DNA of 42,454 nucleotides from IMG/VR virus record IMGVR_UViG_3300010052_000133, positions 1-42,454 of that record. One strand, 5' to 3'. Below the pieces are notes generated by a model. It was not told the DNA's origin and made no database searches. It worked only from the letters and a program-made list of their open reading frames with translations. A program made the position numbers and the translations under genes. Source of the stretch: a virus (Duplodnaviria > Caudoviricetes). Every line of letters begins with the position of its first letter. Position 1 is the stretch's first letter. This document shows positions 27,500 to 36,753 of this stretch, piece by piece.

Positions 27500-28147
27500 A
27501 TGAGCGAGATCGCCAAGGGCCGCAAGGTCAAGGTCGAGATCGGCAGCACCGAGGGCGCGGCGAAAACCGTCACCGCCGTTTCGCTGGCCGATCCCGGCGT
27601 CGTCAGCAGCACGGCCCACGGCCTGGCCAACGGCAGCGTCGGCTACTTCGACGCCGTCGTCGGCATGGACGAGATCGACGGCCAGCCCGCCCGCGTGGCC
27701 GACCAGGCGACCGACGCCTTCGATGCCGAGGGTGTGGACACCACCGACTTCACCGCGTTCGTCTCGGGCCAGTTCGTGCCGGTCACGGCCTGGAGCACTC
27801 TGTCTCAAAGCACCGAGTACCAACTCGGCGGTGGCGCCGGCACCATCGAAGACAGCACCGTGCTGCTCGACGCCAAGGACAAGCAGGAAATGATCACCCA
27901 GGGCGTCGAGAGCGTCACGATCAACGTGCGCGCGCTCACCGAAGACAACGTCGCCATGGCGAAGATTCGCGCAGTGGCCAAGCGGGTGGGCTACCTGGTC
28001 TTCCGGATCACCCTGCACGACGGCGCCCAGCGCATCTTCCGCGGCCAGCCCTCGCTGCCGGGCGAGAACCTGGCCGTCAAGGGCCTGGGCACCGGCACCC
28101 TCACCGTCGCGGTGAAGGGTGACGTGCTGTACCTGCCGGCGCTCTGA
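27500..28147 (+). CDS. Major tail tube protein
   Basis: 215 aa beta-rich protein with STAHGLANG insert; followed by chaperones and tape measure. Confidence 0.82.
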   Translation: MSEIAKGRKVKVEIGSTEGAAKTVTAVSLADPGVVSSTAHGLANGSVGYFDAVVGMDEIDGQPARVADQATDAFDAEGVDTTDFTAFVSGQFVPVTAWSTLSQSTEYQLGGGAGTIEDSTVLLDAKDKQEMITQGVESVTINVRALTEDNVAMAKIRAVAKRVGYLVFRITLHDGAQRIFRGQPSLPGENLAVKGLGTGTLTVAVKGDVLYLPAL

Positions 28148-28149
28148 GC

Positions 28150-28503
28150 ATGAGCAAGCTGGGCGAGAAGATCCGCGCCGGGCGCGAGAGCTGGCTCGAA
28201 CTCGACGAGCCGCCGCGCCGCGCCCTCAAGATCCGGCGCATGCCCGGCGTCGAGATGATCGCGCTGCGGCAGGGCAAGGTCGATTTCGAAACGTGCTGTG
28301 CTTGCGTGGTCGACTGGCGGGGCTACAGCGAGGCCGAGTTCCTGGGCACCGCTGTCGGTAGCAGCGATCCCACCGAGTTCGACCCAGACGCCCTGCGCGA
28401 GCTGCTGGGTGACGACACCGACCTGCTCAAGCGCGTCAGTACGCACCTGGCCAAGCTGGTCGGTGAGTACCTGAAGAAACGCGGAGAGACGGAAAAAAAC
28501 TGA
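28150..28503 (+). CDS. Tail assembly chaperone (G)
   Basis: VVDWRG motif; ends GAA AAA AAC TGA slippery site. Confidence 0.82.
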   Translation: MSKLGEKIRAGRESWLELDEPPRRALKIRRMPGVEMIALRQGKVDFETCCACVVDWRGYSEAEFLGTAVGSSDPTEFDPDALRELLGDDTDLLKRVSTHLAKLVGEYLKKRGETEKN

Positions 28504-28742
28504 TCGCCCGGCTGGATGCAGGGTCCGGCATCCGCTACGAGGGCGAACAGGCACCGCGACTCGACCCGCTCGATGGCCTGGCCATCCGCATCTTCAATGA
28601 CCTGTCCAACGGCCAGGGCGGGTTCGATTTCAACGGCATCGAGGCGCTGGCCGAGCTGTACGGCTACCGCGACGTGGAAGACCTGCTCCACCGGCTGCTC
28701 ACCATCAAGCGCTATCGGCCCGACGGCGCCGAAGAGGACTGA
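28494..28742 (+). CDS. Tail assembly chaperone GT extension via -1 frameshift
   Basis: A AAA AAC heptamer at 28494-28500; -1 frame open as LIARLDAG...GFDFNGIEALAELYG...EED* with no start codon of its own. Confidence 0.8.
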   Translation, partial: KKLIARLDAGSGIRYEGEQAPRLDPLDGLAIRIFNDLSNGQGGFDFNGIEALAELYGYRDVEDLLHRLLTIKRYRPDGAEED

Positions 28743-28745
28743 ACC

Positions 28746-30956
28746 ATGGCCCTGGCCACCCTGTCGATCGACATCATCGCCAAGCTGGCCAGCCTCGAGG
28801 CTGGGCTCGACAAGGCGAACCGTCTGTCGGCGAAGAACGCCAATGACATCGAGCGTCGGTGGAACGCGGTCGGCGCGACATTCAAGGGCGTAGGCGCCCT
28901 CATCGGAGGGGCCTTCGCGACACAGCAGGTCGCGGCCTTCATCGATCGCACCATCGATGGGCTCGACAAGCTCAATGACGTGGCGGACAGCACGGGCTCC
29001 ACGGTCGAGAAGATCAGCGCCCTCGAGGACATCGGCGCTCGCGCCGGAACCGGCATCGACACGATTGAAGGCGCGTTGGTCAAGTTCAACGCGGCGCTGA
29101 AGGAGGCGGACGGCAAGAACGGCGTGAGCCTGGCGCTGAAGCAGATCGGGCTTGATGCCGAGCAGCTGAAGCAGCTCGATCCGGCCGACGCTCTGCTGGA
29201 AACGTCCAAGGCACTGGCCACCTATCGAGATGACGGCGACAAGGCGCGCCTGGTGCAGGACCTGTTCGGCAAGAGCGTGCGCGAAGTGGGCCCCTTCCTC
29301 AAGGACCTGGCCGAGGCGGGAGAACTCAACGCGACCGTCACGAAGGAGCAAGCGGCCGAAGCAGAGCGGTTCAACAAGCAGCTCTTCGCTATGCAGAAGA
29401 ACGTGGTGGACGCCGCGCGCGAGCTCAGCGGCCCATTGCTCAAGTCGCTCAACGACATCATCGAGCAGTTCAAAACCGGCAGCAAGGAAGGCAAGAACTT
29501 CTTCTACACGATCTTCAGCGCCGCGTATGACGACGCACAGGTGAAGCGCGCCGAGCAGCTCACTGAACAGCTGTTCGACGTCAACGGCGAACTGGCCAAG
29601 CTGCGTGCGCTTGACCAGAAGGAGCCGCTGGATTTCTTCGGTCGTGGCTCCGTCAAGAAGCTCGAGCGGGACGCCGCGAAGATCCGGGCAGAGCTTGACA
29701 GCATTCGCGGCCCGCAGACTGGGCGCAGGCCTGCGAACGAGGGTGGCGGGATCTTCGACTACTCCAAGCGGTCCGTCGGCGCGCCCGCAAAGCCAGCTGA
29801 AGAGGCAAAGCAGACCGAAGGCCAGCGCTATCTCGAGAACCTGCAGCGCCAGATCGAGCGCACGCAGACCCTCAGCGTCTACGAGCAGGCACTGCTCGAC
29901 ATCCAACAGAAGCGCATCAAGGGCATCACGCCGCAGGAAGAGCGCGAGATCACCACCAAGGCCAGGCTGGTCGACGAGACGCTGCGGCTGAAGACGGCGC
30001 GCGACACTGAGGTGGAGCTCACCACGCGGGTCGCGAAGGCGCAGCTCGACAACATCGCAGCGCTGGAGCAAGGCAACGAGCAGCTTGCCCGCGAGATCGA
30101 ACTGCTGGGCCTCGACGAGTACGGCCAGGCCGCTGTGGAGAAGGCGCGTATCCGCAGCATCCGCACGCTCAAGGAAGAGGAACGTGCGAAGAAGGCGGCG
30201 GCTGGCGCGACCGACGAGATGCTGCAAGCTGACGATCGGGAGATCGAGGCACTGAAGCGTCGAGAGAACCTGATCGAACAGCGGACTCAGCGCTCGCTCG
30301 TCACGAAGGTCAATCAGTCGGTCGACGCCGTCAGCGACTTCTCCAAGCGCGCTGCCGAGAATATCCAGGACGAGATCGGCGACGCGCTGTACGACACCGT
30401 CACCGGCAACTTCGACGACATCCTGGAGCGCTGGGGCGAGCTATTGCTGCGCATGGCGACGCAGGCTCAAGCCGCGCAGATCGGCAAGGCACTGTTCGGT
30501 GAGTCGGTCGGCGGCACGGGCTCGGGGCTGTTCGGTGAACTGCTGGGATCGATCGGCGGCGCGCTGCTAGGTGGCGCCCCCGACACCAGTCAACTCCCGA
30601 CCGGCGACTTCTCGCGCATGGACCGCGTCCTTTACCAGGCCGCCGAAGGCATCGATCGCGTGCCGCACGACGGCTTCATCGCCCAGCTGCACAAGGACGA
30701 GAAGGTGGTGCCGGCTCGCTACCGCGACGGCGGCGGCGCCGGCGTCGTGAACAACATCAGCGTGAAGAACGAGTCGAGCGATGTGCAGGCGTCTGCACAG
30801 GCCCGCCGCAACGGCACTGGCGGCGCCGACATCGAGATCATGATCAAGCGCATCGCGAAGCAGGCCGTGGCCGAAGACATCGGCGCCGGCGGCCAGGTCG
30901 ACCGCACCTTGCGCAGCACCTACGGCATGGGCCGCCAGACCCCGCGCCGGAGCTGA
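28746..30956 (+). CDS. Tape measure protein
   Basis: 736 aa helical protein, MALATLSIDI start, AQLHKDEKVVP near C-terminus; follows chaperones. Confidence 0.92.
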   Translation: MALATLSIDIIAKLASLEAGLDKANRLSAKNANDIERRWNAVGATFKGVGALIGGAFATQQVAAFIDRTIDGLDKLNDVADSTGSTVEKISALEDIGARAGTGIDTIEGALVKFNAALKEADGKNGVSLALKQIGLDAEQLKQLDPADALLETSKALATYRDDGDKARLVQDLFGKSVREVGPFLKDLAEAGELNATVTKEQAAEAERFNKQLFAMQKNVVDAARELSGPLLKSLNDIIEQFKTGSKEGKNFFYTIFSAAYDDAQVKRAEQLTEQLFDVNGELAKLRALDQKEPLDFFGRGSVKKLERDAAKIRAELDSIRGPQTGRRPANEGGGIFDYSKRSVGAPAKPAEEAKQTEGQRYLENLQRQIERTQTLSVYEQALLDIQQKRIKGITPQEEREITTKARLVDETLRLKTARDTEVELTTRVAKAQLDNIAALEQGNEQLAREIELLGLDEYGQAAVEKARIRSIRTLKEEERAKKAAAGATDEMLQADDREIEALKRRENLIEQRTQRSLVTKVNQSVDAVSDFSKRAAENIQDEIGDALYDTVTGNFDDILERWGELLLRMATQAQAAQIGKALFGESVGGTGSGLFGELLGSIGGALLGGAPDTSQLPTGDFSRMDRVLYQAAEGIDRVPHDGFIAQLHKDEKVVPARYRDGGGAGVVNNISVKNESSDVQASAQARRNGTGGADIEIMIKRIAKQAVAEDIGAGGQVDRTLRSTYGMGRQTPRRS

Positions 30957-30958
30957 CC

Positions 30959-31558
30959 GTGCCGCTGCCCCAGCTCACGTTGCCGGCCGGCACGCCGCCT
31001 TTCCGTGCGCGCGGCCACGCCAGCCAACGCAGCTCGCAGTACGCCCACCCGCGCTTCCAAACCGGCCACAGCCGCGCGCGCCGCGTGTGGACGGCCAGCG
31101 AGCGGCTGGTGCCGGTGTCGCTGCTGCTGCGTTCCGCGCCGGCCGCGGCGTTCCGCGACTGGTTTGAGCTCGTGCTGCCTGATGCTGGTGGCCAGTTCTC
31201 GGCGCAGGTGGTGAATGACGATGTCGGCACGGCCCGCCTGCTCTGGTACACGGCCGAGTTCGAGGCCCCGCCGGTCTACACGCCGCGCGGACGGAGGCAC
31301 TGGATCGTCGATGCGACGCTGCGGCTCACCGGGGATGGCCAGGTGGATGGCCCCTACACCGGCTTGCTGCGCGCCACCGCCACGCTGGCCTTGTCTGGCA
31401 GCGTGCGCGGAACCGTCACGCCGATGTTCAGCGCCACTGCGGTGGCGGCGCTCGAGCAGCTCACCGTGCCGACGGGCCTGGCCGCCACCGCCACCGCCGC
31501 GCTCATGCAGCCGGTGTATTTCGCGGCCACCACCGTCGCCGCGCTCGATCAGGCCTGA
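30959..31558 (+). CDS. Distal-tail-like minor tail protein 1
   Basis: GHSRARR...FRDWF...GGQF pattern directly after tape measure; C-terminal ATxxAAL repeats. Confidence 0.65.
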   Translation: MPLPQLTLPAGTPPFRARGHASQRSSQYAHPRFQTGHSRARRVWTASERLVPVSLLLRSAPAAAFRDWFELVLPDAGGQFSAQVVNDDVGTARLLWYTAEFEAPPVYTPRGRRHWIVDATLRLTGDGQVDGPYTGLLRATATLALSGSVRGTVTPMFSATAVAALEQLTVPTGLAATATAALMQPVYFAATTVAALDQA

Positions 31559-31567
31559 CCCCCGACC

Positions 31568-32326
31568 ATGCCCGCCATCATCGTTCCCGCCGGCCTGCCC
31601 ATGCCGGCCGTGGCCACGCTCACGCCCACAGAGCGCAGGCTGCTCACTTCGCTGCCGGGCCCGCGCCGCGCGCACGTGCAGCAGCGAGATTTCAACGCCA
31701 CGCAGCGGATCGAGTGGGCGGTGCTCTCGCGTGCCCAGATGTCGCTGCTCGCCACCTGGTGGCACGACGATCTGCTGGAGGGTGGTGCTTGGTTCGCAGC
31801 CACTTGGCCGCTGCCCGAGGGCCTGGTGGTCGGCGTGCGCAAGTTCCTGGCCGAGCCGGCCAAGACCTACCTGGGCGCCGGCAAGTGGCGGGTGTCGGCG
31901 CTGTGCGAGGTGCGGGGCCGCGGTGAGCTGCCGCAGGGGCCGGCCGCCGTTGGCGCCGAGATCGGCTGGTATGACCCCATCACCGGCTTCGGCGGCACGG
32001 TCGCGCACAGCAACAGCGGTGTGGCGGCCTACAGCGAGGACACCTACCCGCAGGGCAAGTTCGCCGGCGTCGTGGGCTACACCGGCCAGGCGGTCGTCTG
32101 GTCGACGCTCTGGGAGCCGCTGGAGGAGGGCGCCACCGAGCCAGCCTACGATGATTCGATCCCCGGCGTGTTCTATGTCGATTGGCCGATGGACGGCTTC
32201 GATGCCTTCGCGCCGTCCCAGGGCACGCTGACCATCACGGCCACGGTCGACGGGGTGCCGGTCGACGGCATCGTGATGACCGGCATGGGCGCCTACACCA
32301 CCCTGGCCTGGGGGCCGGCGCCATGA
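31568..32326 (+). CDS. Distal-tail-like minor tail protein 2 with C-terminal extension
   Basis: GPRRA...LATWW..DL.EGGAWF parallels the previous gene. Confidence 0.6.
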   Translation: MPAIIVPAGLPMPAVATLTPTERRLLTSLPGPRRAHVQQRDFNATQRIEWAVLSRAQMSLLATWWHDDLLEGGAWFAATWPLPEGLVVGVRKFLAEPAKTYLGAGKWRVSALCEVRGRGELPQGPAAVGAEIGWYDPITGFGGTVAHSNSGVAAYSEDTYPQGKFAGVVGYTGQAVVWSTLWEPLEEGATEPAYDDSIPGVFYVDWPMDGFDAFAPSQGTLTITATVDGVPVDGIVMTGMGAYTTLAWGPAP

Positions 32327-32889
32327 GCATCACCGCGCTGGTCGTCTGCGATCGGCCTTACACGCGGACATTCGAGGGGCTCGATGTCGTGGTGCACGAC
32401 GCGGGCCGCATCGACTCGGCCGCGAAGGCGCAGGCCGCATGGTTCGACGCGATCGACAGCGTCTCGACCGAGCACTTCTTCTTCCTCGACTCCGACGACG
32501 ATCTGCCGCTGGCCGCCGACCGCGTGCTCGATCGCTGCCTCGCCGCGAATGTGCCGCTGGCCTACACGGACGAGCTGTGGATCTCCGAGGGTGGCAGCCA
32601 CCGCCATTGCGGTGCACCGTACTCGCAGGACGAGCACCTGGCGCGCCCGTTGATCGTGCACCACCTGGCGCTGTGCCGGACCGACGCCGCGCGCGACGCG
32701 GTGCACCGGCTTCCCCGCGGCCACTACTGGCCCGAGATGATGCTTTTCTGGGAGCTCGCCAAGGGCGGCGCCCGCTACGTGCCGGAGATCGGCTACCACT
32801 GGAACAAGCGCGCGACCGGGCTGCACCAGCAGTGGTTCACCGCGCTCGGCCAGGCGCAGTCGCGTTTCTGGTGCCTCAGGAATCCTTGA
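32323..32889 (+). CDS. Glycosyltransferase-like (GT-A, DxD) protein
   Basis: VSTEHFFFLDSDDDL...LAYTDE...HHLALCR...YVPEIGYHW resembles GT2-type domains; ATGA-coupled. Confidence 0.6.
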   Translation: MSITALVVCDRPYTRTFEGLDVVVHDAGRIDSAAKAQAAWFDAIDSVSTEHFFFLDSDDDLPLAADRVLDRCLAANVPLAYTDELWISEGGSHRHCGAPYSQDEHLARPLIVHHLALCRTDAARDAVHRLPRGHYWPEMMLFWELAKGGARYVPEIGYHWNKRATGLHQQWFTALGQAQSRFWCLRNP

Positions 32890-32891
32890 CC

Positions 32892-33461
32892 ATGGCTACC
32901 TACCTCGACCCCCTGCAGGGCGTCAGCCTCAGCGAGGCCGCCGCCGAGGCCGCGGCCATTGCGCCAATCACGCGCGTCATGCTCGACACGCTGGAGTTCT
33001 ACCGCTCCACCTTCGTTGATGAGAACGGCAACCCCAGCGCGGCGCGCGTCGTCTGCGACAAGCAGGACCTGCTGGCCACGCTGGAAGACGATGCGGTGGT
33101 CGACGGTGGCGAGGAAGTGCTGTTCCGCGCCGTCGGCCTGCGCGTCGTGAAGCCTGCCGAGAACGAGAGCGGCCAGGCGCCCACCTTCCAGATCGAGCTC
33201 GACGGCGTGTCGCTGCACCTCATCGAGCTGCTCGACGAGGATCTCGATTCGGAGGAGCCGGTGGTGATGACGCACCGCGTCTACGCCAGCGACGACACCT
33301 CTGCGCCGGCCGTGCTCCCGGTGCTGCGGATGCAGGTGCTCAGCGCCGTGTGCAGCGAGAGCACTGCGCGCATCACTTGTGCCTTCGGCGACCCCATCAA
33401 CGCCGGCTTCCCGCGCGTGGCCTACACGCGTCTCCAGTACCCGGGGCTCGCTGCACGATGA
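32892..33461 (+). CDS. Minor tail protein (DUF1833-like)
   Basis: LDTLEF...LATLE...IELDGV...HRVYASDD...FPRVAYT...YPGL. Confidence 0.8.
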   Translation: MATYLDPLQGVSLSEAAAEAAAIAPITRVMLDTLEFYRSTFVDENGNPSAARVVCDKQDLLATLEDDAVVDGGEEVLFRAVGLRVVKPAENESGQAPTFQIELDGVSLHLIELLDEDLDSEEPVVMTHRVYASDDTSAPAVLPVLRMQVLSAVCSESTARITCAFGDPINAGFPRVAYTRLQYPGLAAR

Positions 33462-33859
33462 ACACCACCACGATCACGCGGCACTGGGCCAGCGCGCTCA
33501 TTGGCCGCAGCTACGCCGAGCGCGGGGGCTGCTGGGGCAACCTGCGCCTGGTGCTGGCCGAGCAGCTGGGCCTGCAGGTGCCCGAGGTGGCGATCGGCGC
33601 CGACGATGTGCAGGCGCCTGCCATCCGCGCCGCGGCGGAGGCCAGCGGCTGGCGGCCGGCCGCGCTGCCGGCGCGCGAGAACGACGTGCTGCTGATGCGC
33701 AACACCGAGGGCCAGCGCCACGTCGGCTTCGTCTTGCGGATCGATGGCGTGCTGAGCCTGCTGCACTGCACGGAGGCGCGCGGCGTGGAGCTGCTCGACG
33801 TGTCTGCACTCCGCATGGCCGGCTACACCGCGGTCGAGGCTTGGAGGCGCGCAGCATGA
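33458..33859 (+). CDS. NlpC/P60-type tail assembly protein
   Basis: LIGRSY...GCWG...HVGF...LLH catalytic Cys/His pattern. Confidence 0.82.
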   Translation: MNTTTITRHWASALIGRSYAERGGCWGNLRLVLAEQLGLQVPEVAIGADDVQAPAIRAAAEASGWRPAALPARENDVLLMRNTEGQRHVGFVLRIDGVLSLLHCTEARGVELLDVSALRMAGYTAVEAWRRAA

Positions 33860-36732
33860 GCGGGCGAGATCTTGCCTGCGTGAGCTGGAGCGACAACCCG
33901 CTGGCGCCACTGGCGCAGTCGCGCGTAGTCGTTCCCGGCACCACGATCGGCAGCCTGCTGCCGGCCGGCTGGGAGCGCCGCCGCGTCGTCTGCAAGTACA
34001 ACGGCCGCTACATCCTGCGCGTCGGCTGGGCCTGCCCGGTGCAGGCCGGCGACACGGTGGAGTTCCACGAGCTGGTGGAGGGCCGCAACGCGCTGCGCAC
34101 CATCCTGCAGATCGTGGTGGTGGCGGCGGCGATCTTCGCGCCCGGCGCGGCAGGGTTCGCGGCCAACACATGGCAGGCCGCCGCCGTCGGCGCGGCGGTC
34201 AGCATCGGCGGCTCGCTGCTGATCAATGCCTTGCTGCCGCTCGAGTTGCCGCAGGCGCAGCAACAGCAGTCGCCTGGCTCGGTCTACAACGTCGCCGTCT
34301 CCGGCAACCAGGCCCGCGTCGACCAGGCCATCCCCGTGATCTACGGTCGGCATCCGGTCAAGCCCGACTACGCCGGCGAGCCCTACTTCATCTATGACGA
34401 GAACGGCGACCAGATCGGCCACTTCCTGTACTGCATCGGGCACGGCCGCTTCCAGATCGAGCAGGAACTGATCGGCCGCACGCTGCTCGGTGGCTTCCAG
34501 GACGTGACCATCCACGCGCTGCTGGAGCCCGGAGAGCTGCCCACCGAGGTGCTGGCCACCGTGGTCACCTCGCGAGAAGTGATTAACCTCGATCTGCCGG
34601 AAGGCCGCCGGGTCGGGGGCTTCTCGGCCTGCGCGCCGAACAAGCGTGTGCGTGCGATCGGCCTGGACTTCGTGTGCCCGCGCGGCCAGGGCATCGACAT
34701 CACCGTGCAGGTCACCCTCCGCGAGGTCGATGACCACGGCAACGGCCTCACCGGCTGGTCAGTGCTGGCCAACGAGACGATCAGCGGGAACACAGCGAAG
34801 CCCACGCGCGTGAGCAAGTACTACGAGCTGCCGGCGTCCATCCGGGCCGAGATCCGCGTGGCCCGCACCAGCCTGTTCGACGACGACCCCGGCACGCCCA
34901 ACGAGATCCAGTGGGCCGGCCTGCGCGGCTACCTCGACGCCGAGGCGCCGCTGTGCCCCACCGCCAGCCACTACGAGTTCATCATCCGCGCCAGCGAGCA
35001 GCTCAGCAGCTTGAGCTCCAACCAGTTCTGCCTGGTGGTGCAGCGGCTGCTCCGTGTGTGGAACCCCGAGACCGGGTGGACTGCCGACGGCGCAGAGGTG
35101 GCCACGCGCAACCCCTTCCACGCGCTGGCCGACGCCTGGACCAACCCCGACTATGTGGCGCATCCGCTGGCCGACAGCCGCGTGGATCTCGCCACGCTGC
35201 ATGCGCTGTCGCTCACGGCGGCCAATCGCCAGGACCGCTGCGACATCATCTTCGACAGCTTCGTCAGTGGCTGGGAGGCGGCGGGGGTCATCGCCCGCAC
35301 CGGCCGCGCGACACCGTTCCGCCGCAACGGTGTCTGCACCGCCACGCGCGACCAGGCGCAGACCGTCACCCGCACCGCGTTCGACTCCCGCAGCATCCTG
35401 CCGGGCAGCTTCTCCGCACAGTACGCGCTGCCCAGCGACGAGACGCCCGACGGGTTGATCGCCGAGTACTTCGACTATCGGTCGTGGGACTGGGTGGAGA
35501 TCGAGTGCCCGGCGCCGGGCTACACCGTCACCGACCCCGACGACCCGCGCTATGACGCGCTGCTGGCCAGCATGAGCAAGCCAGAGCGCAAGCGCTACCG
35601 CGGAATCACCGGGCCGAAGCACTGCGAGCGTGAGGGCCTGTACGACGCGGCCTGGCCGGTCTACCGACGCAAGTCCTGCAGCTGGTCGACCGAGCTGCAG
35701 GGCATGCTGCCTGCATTCGGCTCCGAGGTGGCGATCGCGCCGGCCATTCCTCGGATCTACGCGCAGAGCGGCGACGTGGCGTTCTGGGATGCAGACACGC
35801 TGGTGATGGGCCTCACCGAGCCGGTGGTGTTCGAGGACGGCGAGACGCACTACATCCGCCTGATCCGCGACGACGGCAGCCTCACCGCGGCCATCGTGGT
35901 CGACCCCGGCCCGACGGCACACGACGTGGTGCTGGCCTTCGCGCCCGACTTCACGCTGGTGCTCGACGACGGCACCCGCGAGCGGCCTCGCTACCAGTTC
36001 GGTACCGCCGACGTGCTCAACAAGCTGGTGCGCATCACCGACATTTCGCACCAGGGCATCGGCGACGACGGCTCGCAGAGCTACGCGCTGAGCGCCACCG
36101 TCGACGACGTGCGCGTGCACCAGGCCGACAACCACCTGCTACCGGCGCCGGGCGAGGAGCAGGACCTGCCGGTGCCGGGCGAAGGTGGAGGCGGTGGTGG
36201 GGGCGGAGGCGGTGGCGACGATACGGTGCTCATCGTCGACATGCGCACGAACTACGCCGTCGAGTGGGACATGGGTGCCGGCGACAACCACCTCGTCACC
36301 GTCGGCATGCGGTTCAACCCGGACGGCACGCTCAGCAAGCGCATCACCGACGCAGGCGGTGGCACCGGCTGGCCGGGCGGCGACTCAGGATGGGTCGACA
36401 ACCCGACCGGCGTGAGCGGCTCGGGCAACTGGCAGCGCTTCGCGCCGGTCGAGCCCACGGACGCGGCGAAGTACGAGGTGCGCGCCACGATCATTTCGCA
36501 GGTGTTCGATCCGGCCGACCAGTCACTCACCGGCACGCTTGGCAGCTGGCAAGGCCTGGGCGTCGAGCGCAGCTGGGTGATGGCCTGGGACCGCGGCTCA
36601 GCCTCTAGCGCGCTGCCCGCGGGCCGCGTGGTGCGCCTGCGGCTCGAGGTGCGCGAGATCACTTCCGGCCTGGTGCAGGACACGGCGACCCTGCAACTGG
36701 CCATCAACCTCATCGACGAAGGCGGCGGCTGA
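33856..36732 (+). CDS. Tail tip / host-specificity protein (TipJ-like, with N-terminal gpI-like segment)
   Basis: AIPVIYGRH..PDY, RNPFHALAD, PDGLIAEYFD motifs; about 958 aa from ATG 33856; Gly linker then C-terminal domain. Confidence 0.88.
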   Translation: MSGRDLACVSWSDNPLAPLAQSRVVVPGTTIGSLLPAGWERRRVVCKYNGRYILRVGWACPVQAGDTVEFHELVEGRNALRTILQIVVVAAAIFAPGAAGFAANTWQAAAVGAAVSIGGSLLINALLPLELPQAQQQQSPGSVYNVAVSGNQARVDQAIPVIYGRHPVKPDYAGEPYFIYDENGDQIGHFLYCIGHGRFQIEQELIGRTLLGGFQDVTIHALLEPGELPTEVLATVVTSREVINLDLPEGRRVGGFSACAPNKRVRAIGLDFVCPRGQGIDITVQVTLREVDDHGNGLTGWSVLANETISGNTAKPTRVSKYYELPASIRAEIRVARTSLFDDDPGTPNEIQWAGLRGYLDAEAPLCPTASHYEFIIRASEQLSSLSSNQFCLVVQRLLRVWNPETGWTADGAEVATRNPFHALADAWTNPDYVAHPLADSRVDLATLHALSLTAANRQDRCDIIFDSFVSGWEAAGVIARTGRATPFRRNGVCTATRDQAQTVTRTAFDSRSILPGSFSAQYALPSDETPDGLIAEYFDYRSWDWVEIECPAPGYTVTDPDDPRYDALLASMSKPERKRYRGITGPKHCEREGLYDAAWPVYRRKSCSWSTELQGMLPAFGSEVAIAPAIPRIYAQSGDVAFWDADTLVMGLTEPVVFEDGETHYIRLIRDDGSLTAAIVVDPGPTAHDVVLAFAPDFTLVLDDGTRERPRYQFGTADVLNKLVRITDISHQGIGDDGSQSYALSATVDDVRVHQADNHLLPAPGEEQDLPVPGEGGGGGGGGGGGDDTVLIVDMRTNYAVEWDMGAGDNHLVTVGMRFNPDGTLSKRITDAGGGTGWPGGDSGWVDNPTGVSGSGNWQRFAPVEPTDAAKYEVRATIISQVFDPADQSLTGTLGSWQGLGVERSWVMAWDRGSASSALPAGRVVRLRLEVREITSGLVQDTATLQLAINLIDEGGG

Positions 36733-36753
36733 CGCTGCACGGAGCACCCCACC

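Noticed and set aside
36184-36216. Gly run as a phase-variable microsatellite
   Set aside because: Mixed GGT/GGA/GGC/GGG codons indicate protein-level selection rather than a slippage tract.
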